A DNA stretch of 64,000 nt from positions 225,866,001 to 225,930,000 of the forward strand of contig OZ024741.1 in NCBI GenBank assembly GCA_964016885.1. The letters are read 5' to 3'. Shown here one piece after another: positions 40,661 through 53,855 of this stretch (its first letter is position 1; every line of letters starts with the position of its first letter). Both the position numbers and the translations under genes were made by a program. Origin of the DNA: Eledone cirrhosa (lineage: Eukaryota). The notes under the pieces were generated by a model, which saw only the letters and a program-made list of their open reading frames with translations, had not been told where the DNA came from and ran no database searches.

Positions 40661-43600
40661 CACAGGCAGAACATATTTATCTATCCATATCTCACTCTCT
40701 CTGTATAAATATATGTATATAAACAAACAAACATACATCCACAAATATGCTAATATGAAAGATTCATTTCGTATTTAGATACGTCATGACAGTCAAAGTT
40801 CAAACAAATAAAGAAATAGATAAATAAATGAAATATATGTAAATATTGTTTGAAAAAGGGTTTTCATCTTAACCGACGAAATTGTTAGTCCAAAACGTTG
40901 AAATGTATGTTGAGAAGACGCAGGAAGGATGTACGTTCTCTGCTCAGGTTGCGGTTCTGATCACACTGTAATGTTCATTGGAGTTGTGTATCTGTTATAT
41001 TTTCAGCTCCACTAAAGCTTTAAGAATGAATTCCATATGCCAAAGATGGTCGTAAAATTGTCGTTGTGTGTCTGTATACTTGTGCGTATGTTGGGCGCAG
41101 TTAGGGAGTCCGCTTTGCAATAATTAAGCCTCAGCTTCGATCTCATTGCGTGTCATCTTAGGCATGTCCCATATACCATAAACCTAGGTCTGCCCTTGTC
41201 TTATAAGTGAATTCTAGTCGACGGAAACTTTGGAAGCTAGTTGCATAGACTGTACCATTGATTCAGCAGGCTAGCTTTATAACAAGCCATGTCACGCTGA
41301 ATCGTCTTGAAAATTTCGTGATGGGTACACGTGTCTGTGGAATGCCTAGGCCCTTCGTCGTTAATATCACGGGCAGAAAATTCCGTTGAACCATCAACTA
41401 GAACATTCAGCTTCAAAACCTACGAAGATTTGTAAGCACGGAGTAGAAAAAATTGATATGTCGATAAAAATTACGATTTAGTATTTCGTATGGGTGGACT
41501 TAGATTCCGCTGCATGCTAGTTTGATAGAAATAGACAAAAGATCAGTTTATATAATCGATTACAACTTTGGAAATGGATGTTCCTGCATAGCCACAATCT
41601 GAGAATAAAAGAATATTAACAGATATTTAGGCATTTAATTAAAGGAAGATTATCGTATGAACTTTTGATTACCAGCCTATTCCATGTGAAATTTCTATGG
41701 ATTAATCTTTATTTTATGTCGCATCATATGTATGGCGGCTTTTCACCTATGATTAGTTCTATTGAACTACAAGGATGTCCTCTATTCTGAAATGGAATAC
41801 ATATTTAATCTTTAACAATTTTTATTGATTGCATTCTTATGTAGATATCTTTCTTTTACGTATAATGAGCTTTCTCAGTGTCTTCATATTGTCCGTCTGC
41901 TGCCTTGGCATTATCAACTCCAACTTCCTCACTCTCACTCTTTCCACCAGCAAAACTACCACCACCACCACCACTTCCAACACCACGACCACCAGTACCA
42001 GCACCACCCAAACCACGACGACAACCACCACCACTACTAACACCAGCACCAGCCCCATCATCATCATCATCAACAGTATTTAATCTAAATTTCATGTTTT
42101 GAATATATTGTAGGTAATATCATGTGTTATGTGCTGACGCATGTATACAAATATCCTTACATTATACATACATGATCAGTTAAAGGGAAAAGGAGGATAG
42201 ACTGGAACAAAATATTAAACTAGTGAATCTATGCCGTCAATAATAATGGAAATCTCGTTGAACGTCCTTAATTTCATATAAATTAGGGTATTTCATATAT
42301 ATTAGGGTTACTGGAACTTGCGTTTGGATAATGTAATATTTTGCATAAAATAGATCCTATAAATTATGTTGATAACTGATAATTAGAAGGGTTTACAGAT
42401 AAAAATGATGGTTAATTAATTCATTTCTAATGTGTAATTACATAAGTGTTCAGAAGATATCTAAAAATGATTTACAGGGTTAAATTTATGAGTAACGTTG
42501 GAGAAATAACTATTTACAGGGACAACTGTAGGTTTAGAACCCAGTACCTGTGATAGGAATGCGAACTTCTTATTATAGCAACACAATTGAGATAGGAAAT
42601 ATATCGTGTATTTGTATGCGTATGCTTTTGTGTGTAAATTTCAAAGAGTTAGACAGAATTGTATTAGAAATATACGAACATCTTATAGTGTTAACAGTTC
42701 GTACAACAATAATTGACACCAAACTGGATAGAACCCTCAGCCAACCACAAATATTTCTGAATGTCTATGAAATATATATAAATAAATATAAATGTCTGCT
42801 ATGTAGGTGTACACTAAAGACAACGACAACAACAATAAAAAAACTTACATAATATACTTTCTACAATACAACTCCATTACCTAACTAAAGAAAACTCTCA
42901 AAAGATGGTAATGGACTATGAAAGGCGATAGTGCATTAACCTGTTCATCATGACATGTGATTAATTAGATGAGAGTTCGTACGAACTAACATATAAAATG
43001 CGTTGACTAATTGTGAGATATAACATACCAAGTCTCTCTGACAGAACACGTAAGATTTTAAGCAAAACTAGAAGAAACATTAGCACACTCATCACATGGA
43101 TAATCTTAACTGATTTGTAGTTTGAACATTTGTAGTTTGAACATAAAGAAAAGTATAATATATTATATATGTGTATTTATTATCTAGCACGTTCTTTTCA
43201 AGTACATTATCTCAGAGACAATGATCTACATTAACAGTGTAACTAAATTTTCTCTATTACTCGTAAAACTTTCAATAATTCTGACTATCGTATAGAATGA
43301 ATAATTCAAGAACGAAGCAGACTGTATATCAAAGGCAAGATACGATGTCAGACAGGCACTGCGGGGGAAAAAAAACAAAAAAAACATGCTAAACATTATG
43401 AAAGCCCCACTCAAATAATTGAACACGTAGCAGGAATTTCTTGACCCATTCTGCTTCTTCAAAGAAATATTTGTTAAAAGTTTGGAAAAATCATCACAGT
43501 TCATGATTACCTATAGCAATACTAGGTGTGTCAGTTTAACTCTAAACTACTTTCAACAGTTTTTGTCTAGTCACGATTCTTCTGGAATTCTCATACATAG

Positions 43601-43944
43601 AACAATCCCATAACATTCCATATGATTCCATGCGTTTAAAGATTATTTTTATCCACTTCTTTGTTTAAAATCTTCTAGAGCACTGCTAACCTTTTTTAAT
43701 GCCATTTGCAAATGATATTACGAATTTTCTATGTATTTTGTGGTACAGCTGTAAAAGAAATATCCAGTTAGATAGGGGTTAATTATCAAACGTATATATA
43801 TTGCGCATGACAGGAAGAAGCCAATCATATCCATGTCGGCTTGAGTAGATTTGACTCTTGTGTATGTAGGATTAATTCAGTTATTTTGCTTAATACACAC
43901 TTGTGTTACATTGCAATCAGCTGGTGAATCCCTGAGTAGCAAGC

Positions 43945-44019
<75 letters not shown>

Positions 44020-44026
<7 letters not shown>

Positions 44027-44185
44027 TTAACAGATTAAAGTTTAAGGGTGAAAGCAGCGATTCTTTGCTTAAACTTTAATCTGTTATTTTAATAAATATT
44101 TGCTCTACGGTTCTTTTATATTTGATATATATTTATCCTTATCGAGCCCTCTTTGGATTTTAGTCTTCACATTTATTATTATTAC

Positions 44186-44190
<5 letters not shown>
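44020..44190 (+). mobile_element. Penelope-like terminus (hammerhead 3' half plus bulged hairpin); inverse copy at 56530-56700
   Basis: gggt GAAA gca...tgc TT | aaact; the 56530-56700 copy supplies the 5' half gggttt CAGAAGA tccc. Confidence 0.65.
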
Positions 44191-44216
<26 letters not shown>

Positions 44217-44224
44217 CTATAGGT

Positions 44225-45142
44225 GTAGATACCTCGCGGTTGAAGGTGTGTGTGTGTGCGGGGGGGAGTTGTACCCGCTAATTTGCCTCTTCCTATTCCT
44301 CCTGGGTGGACGTGGGGCTATTCTGAGACAAGAGATCTTATCTTTAAAACCGCTACGGGCTAGGGCTTCGTTGTAATAGGGGGCCGCGGCCCTACATATA
44401 TCCTCATTGCCGGAGAGGCCAGAGATCCTAAGGGAGACACTTTTAACTAAATTATTTGTGATGTTCTTGGGGTGATTCGAGTTAACGTCTATATATCTAA
44501 GGGATTCGTTAGGTTTGTGGTACGGATAATAAAGGGAGGTTTCTAAGTCGAGAGCTACATCTAAGAAGTTGGCTTTAGTTAAACTCTAATCTATAGTTAT
44601 TCTGAGGCCTAGGTTATTGAAGAAAGCGTTAAGGTTTTTCCGAAACCCATCGGTAGTCCTGGGGTTAATTTTATGCAGTGCAAAGAGGCCGTCATCTTGG
44701 TATAATCCGCCTGTAAGGCATGTGAAGAGGGTTTTCATCCGGTTAAGGACAAACAGGCCCACCAGATCACTAATTTCAGCGGGAGTCACTAGCACCCATG
44801 CTGACATCGAGGGGAGTCTCCGATTTTTTGTTGATCCAGTAGGACCCGTTATCGTACAAAAAGGTCTTACGTGCATGGAGGATCACATCCTGCTCGGCAT
44901 CAGTTATGGTGGTTAGGTTTCTTGCGAAAGCAATTGTATCCTTCAGCAGGGACTCAGAAATAGAGGCGTAGTAATCCTCAATGTAAAATTGCAGGAAACG
45001 GGTGTCGTGTTTGTCAGGCAGTTCTTGGAACCATGAGATTGCTTCGGATGTTCTGTTCCAGAGTGGGAGAGGTAAAGCTGCACGCAGTGTCGGTAGTATC
45101 CTGTCCAGGATCTCCTTGCTGACAGATCCTATGTCGGATTTT

Positions 45143-45145
<3 letters not shown>
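44225..45145 (-). pseudogene. Penelope-like (Naiad-type) reverse transcriptase relic flanked by (TA)n
   Basis: [40 protein letters not shown]; AEISDLVGLFVL..GLYQDDGL..FNNLGLRITI..NFLDVALDL; YIDVNSNHP; YNEALARSGF. Confidence 0.85.
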
Positions 45146-45232
<87 letters not shown>

Positions 45233-45233
45233 A

Positions 45234-45265
<32 letters not shown>

Positions 45266-46074
45266 AAACATTTTCAATTATACAATTTCCGCCAACTAAA
45301 TTTTACAACCGAGATATTAGTCAACCAGCGGTTAGGGTAGAAATAGAGTATACTAGTCCACTTGTTCAAGGCGCCATGCAGCGAGCTTGAACCAGGAATC
45401 ATAAATCTGCATACGAATGCTTCAAACACAGCCCTGTGGGCGCTCAATATACATATCATTTCTATTAATTCGTTGTTTCGTGGTAGTGAAAATATAAAGA
45501 ATGTGTTGTTGTTTTTAATGATTAGCCCTAGTTCGCAGACCTATTATCAAAGGCATCCCAGCTATAATTATTTTCAAACAAAGTGCATCTAAGACTAGAT
45601 TTTATTCCATGTGCCCGTTCCGTTTGAAACAGGGTAATTTCTGTAAATTACTAACATACGGTGTGATGACTGCACTCTCGCTTCGGTGTATTGGGGGTGT
45701 GATTGTGGGTGTGGATGACAATGACAGGTTTAGAGACAGGAACATGCCAGATGTCTGATGGTGAAATGTTTGCAGATGAAGACGTTTGCTTTTCTCTTTT
45801 GACGAACAAATAGGATGTCTATTAACGAGAAAACTAAATATAAAGGACAAAACAAGAATAAGATTAAAAGATCGACAACATAAGAGCAGCATCAGCTGGA
45901 AATGTTTACAGCTTTGCGATGGTTTCATCTTTGCATGAAAGATATTTATTTCAAGAAATCCCGTTGTATATTATCTGATTTCTTAAACGTTGACATTTCA
46001 AATACACGTACTATATTACACACGGTCTGTAGCTTTCTCTTGAAAATATCATTGCTAGCTCTATAAACATAGAG

Positions 46075-46105
<31 letters not shown>

Positions 46106-46950
46106 CATACATACATACATACATACATACATACATACATACAGGGTGGCTGCCAACTCGTTTTCGAGTACGGCCACTACTTTATATCCATGTAGGAGAT
46201 CCCCTACCGATGCGCTGAACGAGTGTGACTTTTTAGTCCAGCCAGCGACTTGAAAACTCTGGTACAAACACTAGACTTGTGACAATTACTGACACATAGT
46301 GCTGGGCCCATGGTACCATGTGACGACAAGTGCTGAGAGATCTCCAGATATAAAGCAATGCCTGTGCCGTGAAGCTTTTATAGTAAGCAAAGGCACTGCA
46401 CAAAGCCAGTCCCACTCTCTTAACCAAGATGATATTTACCAAAAAGAAGAACAAGTCAACATCATTGGATACCATCAAGGTTGCAGGTGTTATATCAGAG
46501 TTTTCCTTCTCCTAGAATTCTGCCTTGACAAAGGCTAAGGGATCATCTCTCCCGGGGCTAAGGGGTCATCTCTCCCATACATACATACATACATACATAC
46601 ATACATACATACATACATACGTACATATATACATATATACATATATATACATTCATAATACATACACACATACATGCCTATATACGTACACACATACATA
46701 CGTACATACATACATACATATATACATACATACATAGATACTTACATATATACATTCATAATATATACACAAACATGCATGCATATATACATGCATATGT
46801 ACCTACTCACATATATAGATATAGATATATATATGCATACATCTTTTTATACATACATGCATGCTTTCGTGCATACGTATACAGCAAATATATAACTACA
46901 TACATACACGTACATATATGCATGCAAACATGTAAACATCTCTCTCTCTC

Positions 46951-46992
<42 letters not shown>

Positions 46993-47904
46993 TATGTGTG
47001 TGTGTGTGTAAATTGCATGCATACATACATGTGTATATACATACAAACATACATGTAGGCAAGCATACATTTGTACATATATATATATTTACGCATGCAC
47101 ATATCTACATACATAAATGCATATATACATACGTATATACATACATGCATACATACGTATATACATACAAACATGCATACATGGATATCGTCATACAATC
47201 ATACATACATAACTTCATATATAAGTATATACGTCGATGCATACATATATTCATATATACATATGTACATCGATGCGCATATCTGCGTATTTATATAAAT
47301 AAATGACGTGCACCCATTGTTGCCCGAAGGACTTTAAACATACAAGTATAAAGTCTGTTTCAAGCCATGACGCTCGTCAGGCTGGTACTTATCCCGATTT
47401 TATGGCGGGAAGCGACTGAGAGTACAAGACTCCACCCTGGATAGGACGCCAGTCCATCGCAAGGTTAAATCTCCAGTGATTGCTGGTTCTCATTATCAAG
47501 TGAGCATACTGGAGTAACCTGAAATAAAGTGCTTTGCTCAAGAACATAATACACAACCCGGCCCAGGAATCGACCCTATGGCATTATGATCGCTCTTACC
47601 ATTAGGCCACGTGTCTTCACATAAGTACAAGGTTTTCTAAAATATAAAGAATGAAATAAATATTATTATATGAAATCGTATGTCCACTAAGGTTTGTATT
47701 GTATAATACCTCATATGTTCACATGCCCCTACATGCATGAACCACTGGTAAACGGAGGCAAGATATGTGCAGTCAAAAAACATGTTAGACTAGGATGTGT
47801 GGGATCTTTATAATTTCAACTGGTGCTGAAGTTTCCCAAAATGCCAATCTATACGTGCATGCACACATACATACATGCATATATATATATATATATATAT
47901 ATAT

Positions 47905-48345
47905 AAGCAAAAAAGTGTTGGTAAAATCCAGAACTTCAGTATGCGAATAGGGAGCACTCAACAAAGATATAAATTCCGGAGTTATAATAGTGACGAAACA
48001 AAAATCAATTGTATGAACACATAATCCTTTATTTACCGCTATATATATTTCGATGATAACCATTGTATGGCTATGACCTCATCAGGCAGTCAGTAAGTTC
48101 TTAGATATGCCAGCTCTGGGGTTTTGGTGTTGATGGTTTTAGAGCCTTGGGACATATGAGCTTGTTAGGGATAATTTAATGTTGTCAGCAGGAATAATCT
48201 TAATTCTCATTGGTCAGTTTGTAGATGCTAGTAGGGTTGGTATTTGACGTCAAAGGGGCAGGTGGTGTTGTAAAGTTCAAACCGTCAGGCAAGATGACAA
48301 TAGTTCCATATGACTGATTTTCACAAAAAGCATTCTTGGTCAGAT
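47905..48345 (-). mobile_element. Penelope-like 3' end with the complete cassette (hammerhead, AATAAA, bulged hairpin, (TA)n)
   Basis: Homologous to 11283-11620; TIVILPDGLNF remnant. Confidence 0.82.
48035..48090 (-). ncRNA. Intact minimal type I hammerhead ribozyme
   Basis: actgc CTGATGA stem II GAAA tatatat A | gcggt; 5-bp stem I and palindromic stem III. Confidence 0.88.
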
Positions 48346-48909
48346 ATATATTCAATTGAGGTTTATAGTTTGAAATTCGATACTACAGGGCATTCTTAAA
48401 TTGAGGAATTTATGTGGGGTGGTAATACTGAAAATTATGGTTAGAGTCAAATACTTAGAAAGTTTACATATAATAAGACTTATGTTGGTTGATTTGTACA
48501 TACACCCCCCCCCCCGGACACACACACACATATCCACACACACAAATCCATACAGATGTGTATATATATGTATGTACACACAAGTGCGTATATATATATA
48601 CAAAAGAGGCCACCAAATCCAAGTGTATGGCAGACATAAAATGAGGAGGGTGTTATTTTTAAAGGAAAGTTAAGTGGGTGTTTGCTAAAAAGAAAAATTA
48701 TTGCTTAGGCTACACAAAAATAGGGTGTGATATATATCTTCACAGCAATAGATTAGGGGCTTTAGAGCTTAGGCGATCCCCTTAGTACAGACATATACAG
48801 GTAACGCACCCACCCACACTTGTATACCCCTGGGTGGGTGTGAGTGTATGTACAAGTCAACCAACATAAGTCTTTTTATATGTAAACTTTCTAAGTATGT
48901 GGCTCTAAT

Positions 48910-49650
48910 ATATATATATAAAAGACGTAAAATAAGAAAATGAAAAAAATTTTTTTTTAAATTTTCTTATTTTACGTCTTTTATATTATTGTTCTGCATC
49001 CTCCTGCATTGAACCACCTAGGTACTATGACATAACCTGTGTATTTGCTGGCATTAGCGTACATCTGTGCGCTTATGTTAGTAGATATATTAAATTATCT
49101 ATATTTATCTCCAAATCACTGATTTGTCGAGCAAACCTGCCAAAACCACTTCTAAATTTTTTGGGGGGTGTTAGTAGGCGTCTGTCATCCTACCATCCCA
49201 TTCCTACTGACTAGCCTCTGTGTCACGTGATTGATTCTTTAGAATCGGCCATATGACCAGTGGCAGTGAGAATTTTCAGTAGCTGGAATCCAGTCCTCGA
49301 TAGCTGTTCCATTTACCGAATTATTATTATTTTTATATGAATCCCCAGTGTCCGCGCATTGCCTGGAGACTTGGCTGAGAATGACCTCCCTGATGACGCA
49401 ATGAAATTCTCAACAGTTCATTACGTAACTGTCTTTATCCCATTGCAGAAACTAATTAGTTGGAGTGAAAATTTAAGTAAGTTAATTTTTAAAAAAATTT
49501 TTTTTTAAATTTTCTTATTTTACGTCTTTTATATTATTGTTCTGCATTCTCCTGCATTGAACCACCTAGATACTATGACATAACCTGTGTATTTTCTGGC
49601 ATTAGCGTACATCTGTGCGCTTATGTTAGTAGATATATTAAATTATCTAT
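48910..49650 (+). mobile_element. Non-coding Penelope-like element with ~160-bp direct terminal repeats, a short 5' inversion and one hammerhead
   Basis: 48945-49105 matches 49493-49650 (~548-nt period); flanked by (TA)n. Confidence 0.78.
49386..49465 (+). ncRNA. Type I hammerhead ribozyme with a long stem II
   Basis: ctcc CTGATGA cgcaatg...cattgca GAAA ctaattag TT | ggag; palindromic stem III. Confidence 0.82.
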
Positions 49651-49784
49651 ATATATATATATAATGTGTGTGTGTGTGTATATATGTATATATATATTTA
49701 TATATATATGTGTCTGTGTGTGTATATATGTATATATATATTTATATATATGTGTCTGTGTGTGTATATATGTATATATATATT

Positions 49785-49817
<33 letters not shown>

Positions 49818-51084
49818 ATATGTATATATATATATATATATGTGTGTGTGGATGTGCGTGTATATATATGTGTGTGTATGTGTGTGTATGTATGTGCATA
49901 TATATATATAAAATGTGAGAAGAAAGAAGAATACTGCGTGGTTGCACATAGGTTACATATGATAAAAATAGTCCTTCGTCAGTGATTTTCCAACCATCAT
50001 TGGTATTTCATCGCATTAAAAATCATATACCTCAGGTTGGTTCGAGCAATAACTAAAAAAGGTTTTTGGGACCAGCAAATCGCGTAAAGCGAGGGAGACA
50101 AGTGAACAACATAGACGGATAAAAGCAAACCAAAGAAAGGAAATAAACAAGCAACATGGTAGTCCTGGTCAGCATAAACTGGGTGGATTTCATGAGCGAA
50201 AGGTACAGACACGTCCAGCGTGAGTGGGATGTAAGCAAGAAGAGGCCCACTGTTAGCCAAACGGGAGGAAGAGAGAAGGGGAGAAACAGAGAGTGAGTGA
50301 GTGGAAGTGCGAGGAAGCGGTCAGTCGAGAGAAAGTGTAACTGACAGAGGGGGCGAAAGAAGGTGAGAGAAACAGAGAGAACGGGGAAACACGCTTATAC
50401 ATAGACAAATGCCGGCAAATTAACATTAGCACGGAGCTTTTTATTTGCGGTTGCCTTTTCATTTACGATTTCAACACACACACACACGCTTGCTTGCATG
50501 CGCACGCAACAGACACATACACACTTTCACTTTCTTTGCTACTATGTCTCTCTTTCCGTCTTCCTTTCTTTCTATGATTATCTTTCCAGTTCAGTAAATT
50601 CTACTGCAATCTTTTACAATATTTCCTTTATTTTCTATCACTGGATGTTCGTATCATTCTCATTAACTCCGCCTCTCTCGCTCTCTTCCTCATTCATTCT
50701 CAATTACTGCTTCCCGCCCAGCCTTTTCTCTCGTTCACTCAGTCACGGCGCTTCTCTCCTCCCTTCTGACAGAAATGTCAATGCTATGGAAAGCTAATGG
50801 TTCTGCATGATTATATGAATGAATTTCCTTATTAGTTCCTTATGCTTAGTTTCGAACAATAACATTTCGAAACCCATGTGCGTATTAATGTTTCGTGACC
50901 TTCTCAACCCAATATTCAGAATCAGGATGGTCATGTTAAAGGAATGGTGGTCTCATGCTTAGCAGTGGTTGTAAAGCACCATTGAATGATAGGAAATTAT
51001 GGACGCCTGATGTAAAAGTTGTACATGTGTTCTTCCTATGTTGCTCACTATGTTTTGTGCGGAATTTTATATAGATATATAAAG

Positions 51085-51672
51085 TTATCAACCAATATAG
51101 TTCTATCAAATATCCGATGGCTATATATATATATTATTTATGTTCGTACATGGAACAAAAGCTTTATATAGGGTTTCAAGGTCTAATTATATATATATGA
51201 AACACAAATTTAAATTTTGAAAACCAAAACAATGCGTATGAAAAATGTTAAATTGCCAAGATAAGAAAAGAATCCTACCTGAGCAAATTTAACGATCCCA
51301 AATATTTTCGGGTTTAAAAACCCATTATTTGGGATCGTTAAATTTGCTCAGGTAGGATTCTTTTCTTATCTTGGCAATTTAACATTTTTCATACGCATTG
51401 TTTTGGTTTTCAAAATTTAAATTTGTGTTTAATATATATATAATTAGACCTTGAAACCCTATGTAAAGCTTTTGTTCCGTGTACGAACATAAATAATATA
51501 TATATATAGCCATCGGATATTTGATAGAACTATATTGGTTGATAATGGGTTTTAAACCCGAAAATATTTGGGATCGTTAAATTTGCTAAGGTAGGATTCT
51601 TTTCTTATCTTGACAATTTAACATTCTCCATACGCATTGTGTTGGTCTTCAATATTTAAATTTGTGTTTCCT
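51085..51672. repeat. ~220-bp-arm palindrome plus a partial third copy (Penelope-like fold-back/tandem)
   Basis: Arms 51085-51303 / 51326-51546; 51541-51672 repeats the unit start; TTGATAA-t-gggttt-t-aaaccc-GAAA-atat-TT at the junction. Confidence 0.8.
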
Positions 51673-52072
51673 ATTCAACAATGCATCAAGCAAGCTACAA
51701 AACTCTGGCATATATATGTATAAAACATTTCGGAAGCCGTAGCTATACAAACACCGGGGCTAATGCCCTCTGGTGGTGTCCAGCAGAAGCAGAAAACTTG
51801 ATGAAGACCAGTCAATTCTGAAATGCATAGACGGTTGTCCCTCTTGCTTCTTCTGGACATCACCAGAGGGCGTTAGCTTCGGTGTTTGCATAACTACGGT
51901 TTCCTAAATGTTTCCTGTAAACATACTGTGTTTCTTTAGAAATACGAAATTTCTATACATACCTGTATAAAGCCCTATATATATATATATATTTGTGTGT
52001 GTGTCAAGTATTTCCGTAGGGCAGAAGTCCCAACTCACCAGTCAACCGCTAGAGATACGTTGTTTCGGTGAC

Positions 52073-52730
52073 ATAATAATAATAATGATATACGGGACAA
52101 TACAATGACAGGGATAGTGGAGGTATGCAATGAAACCATGTAAACATGTGTATATAAACAATAACAATAAAGAATAAAATCAATAGTATGGTGAATCACT
52201 CAGAGTCGACTCAGGTACATCACCATTCCTGAACCACCCGACGCTTCTAGAGAACCCGGGAAAGGCATCCCTCTTCTCCTCATGTCAACCAGCCTATAGA
52301 TACATGCTCAGAGTAGGCCCATTCACACGGGCCATTCTTACAATATTTAGCATATGTACTGGTGGGCAGCACATCTCTCTCGACCCTCACCTTCCTTTCC
52401 AAATGAAACTTGAAAACTTGAAAAAGTTGATGACGCACTGGCCGGAGAGAAAAGTATCTGTCTTTAGTCCTTTAAATCTAGTCCACGACACAACCTATTT
52501 TGCTGTGACCACTAGACAACGGAAAACTGCCTGCCTTTCCCAGCCAAAAGAAGACGGCGGTGCGATTTTGACTATGGACTCGGTTGATAACCGGATCCGT
52601 CCTACACACGACAATAACTGTTCGACATAACTCCACAAGTGAGTAATGCACGGACACTGGACAAGTGCGTGCAGAATGTTTTCATCACTCTGCGTATCCC
52701 GAGATATCAAACAGTGTCCAGAAGGAGGCA
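52073..52730 (-). mobile_element. Tx1 LINE 3' fragment
   Basis: QSDENILHALVQCP..LWSYVEQLL..STESIVKIAPP; tail reads (att)n on the minus strand. Confidence 0.85.
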
Positions 52731-53157
52731 AACCATAACAGTTGGAATGGGGAACATTACAACCCTTACAGGTAAGGAGCAGGAACTTGTGAAGGAGGCT
52801 AGATGTTATCAGCTAGATATAGTTGGGGTTTCTTCAACAAACTTTCATGGCTCCGGTACTGCAGATTTGGATGGAGGATGAAAACTCCACTATTCAGGTG
52901 TGGCGCCAGAAATGACTGCATAGGTGGGGGTGGGATACTCACAAGTACCCGGCTGTCAGAATGTGTCATATACAGGATTCCGATAGGAGGGAGGATTTGC
53001 CTCTTAAAGCTTACGGTGAAAGATAGGTCTCTGTGGGTTGTAAAAATTTATGCACCAAATAAGGAATCCGAATATAGGTTCTTCCTTGATGAAGTCATTA
53101 CAGCGTTAGATGTAGTTAAGCCTGAGTTATATATCCTGATGGGAGACTTCAATGCCC
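52731..53157 (+). mobile_element. RTE-type APE endonuclease fragment
   Basis: GNITTLTGKEQELV..YQLDIVGVS..GSG..IYAPN..ILMGDFNA. Confidence 0.8.
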
Positions 53158-53159
53158 TA

Positions 53160-53855
53160 TCAAGTTATATTGACAAGTCAGTGAATTCCCCGTTTTGTAG
53201 TTGTGTGGTGAAAAGATGAGACAATAAACCACATTATTAGTGAATGTAAGATGCTTGCTCAGAAAGAGTCCAAGAGAAGTCACAAAATTGCCAGATTGGT
53301 TCATTTGAAGCTCTGTCATAAGTGTGACATGAGCAGAAGTGAGAAATTGTATGAACACCAATCGGAAAGGGTGGCTGAAAATGAACAGTATAAGATCTTG
53401 TGGGATATGTCCAGTGTGACCATTGTATCGTAGCTAGAAATCCTGGCATTGTTGTCGCAGAAAAGAATAACTAGGCTTGCATTATGGACATTGTTTCACT
53501 GTGCGACCACGAGTAAGTAACTTGAGAAATACCAGGAGCTGAAAAAAGAAATCAGGAAACTGTGGAAAATCAGTCACGTAGAAGTGGTACCGATTGTGGT
53601 TGTCACACTGGGAGCAGTTAGTAGAATGTTAGATGCATGGCTTGAGAAGCTAGGAATTACCCCCAGGACCGCATTGTTGCAGAAAACAGCCTTTCTGGAA
53701 ACAGCAAGAGTTCTAAGAAGGGTTTTGTAAAGTTCAAGGAGAAGGAATGACCCAAAGGACCTTTAACCATTGGCTATGGCTCGCTCTTTTGGTATAGTAT
53801 CAGTATAACATCTTTTAGAATAACAGCGTTACGAATAATAATGAAAATAATAATA
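53160..53855 (+). mobile_element. R4/Dong-clade LINE 3' fragment (different subfamily)
   Basis: ETINHIISECKMLAQ..IARLVH..YEHQ..KILWD; KYQELK..LWK..VVPIVV..TARVLRR; ends in degenerate (aat)n. Confidence 0.8.

Noticed and set aside
41825-42102. Poly-Thr/His ORFs, one with a signal-peptide-like start
   Set aside because: (ACC)n/(ATC)n repeat with no splice or homology support.
50030-50460. Possible upstream or UTR exon of the cyclase (GT donor near 50029 on the minus strand)
   Set aside because: No cyclase similarity in any frame; cannot be supported without RNA data.
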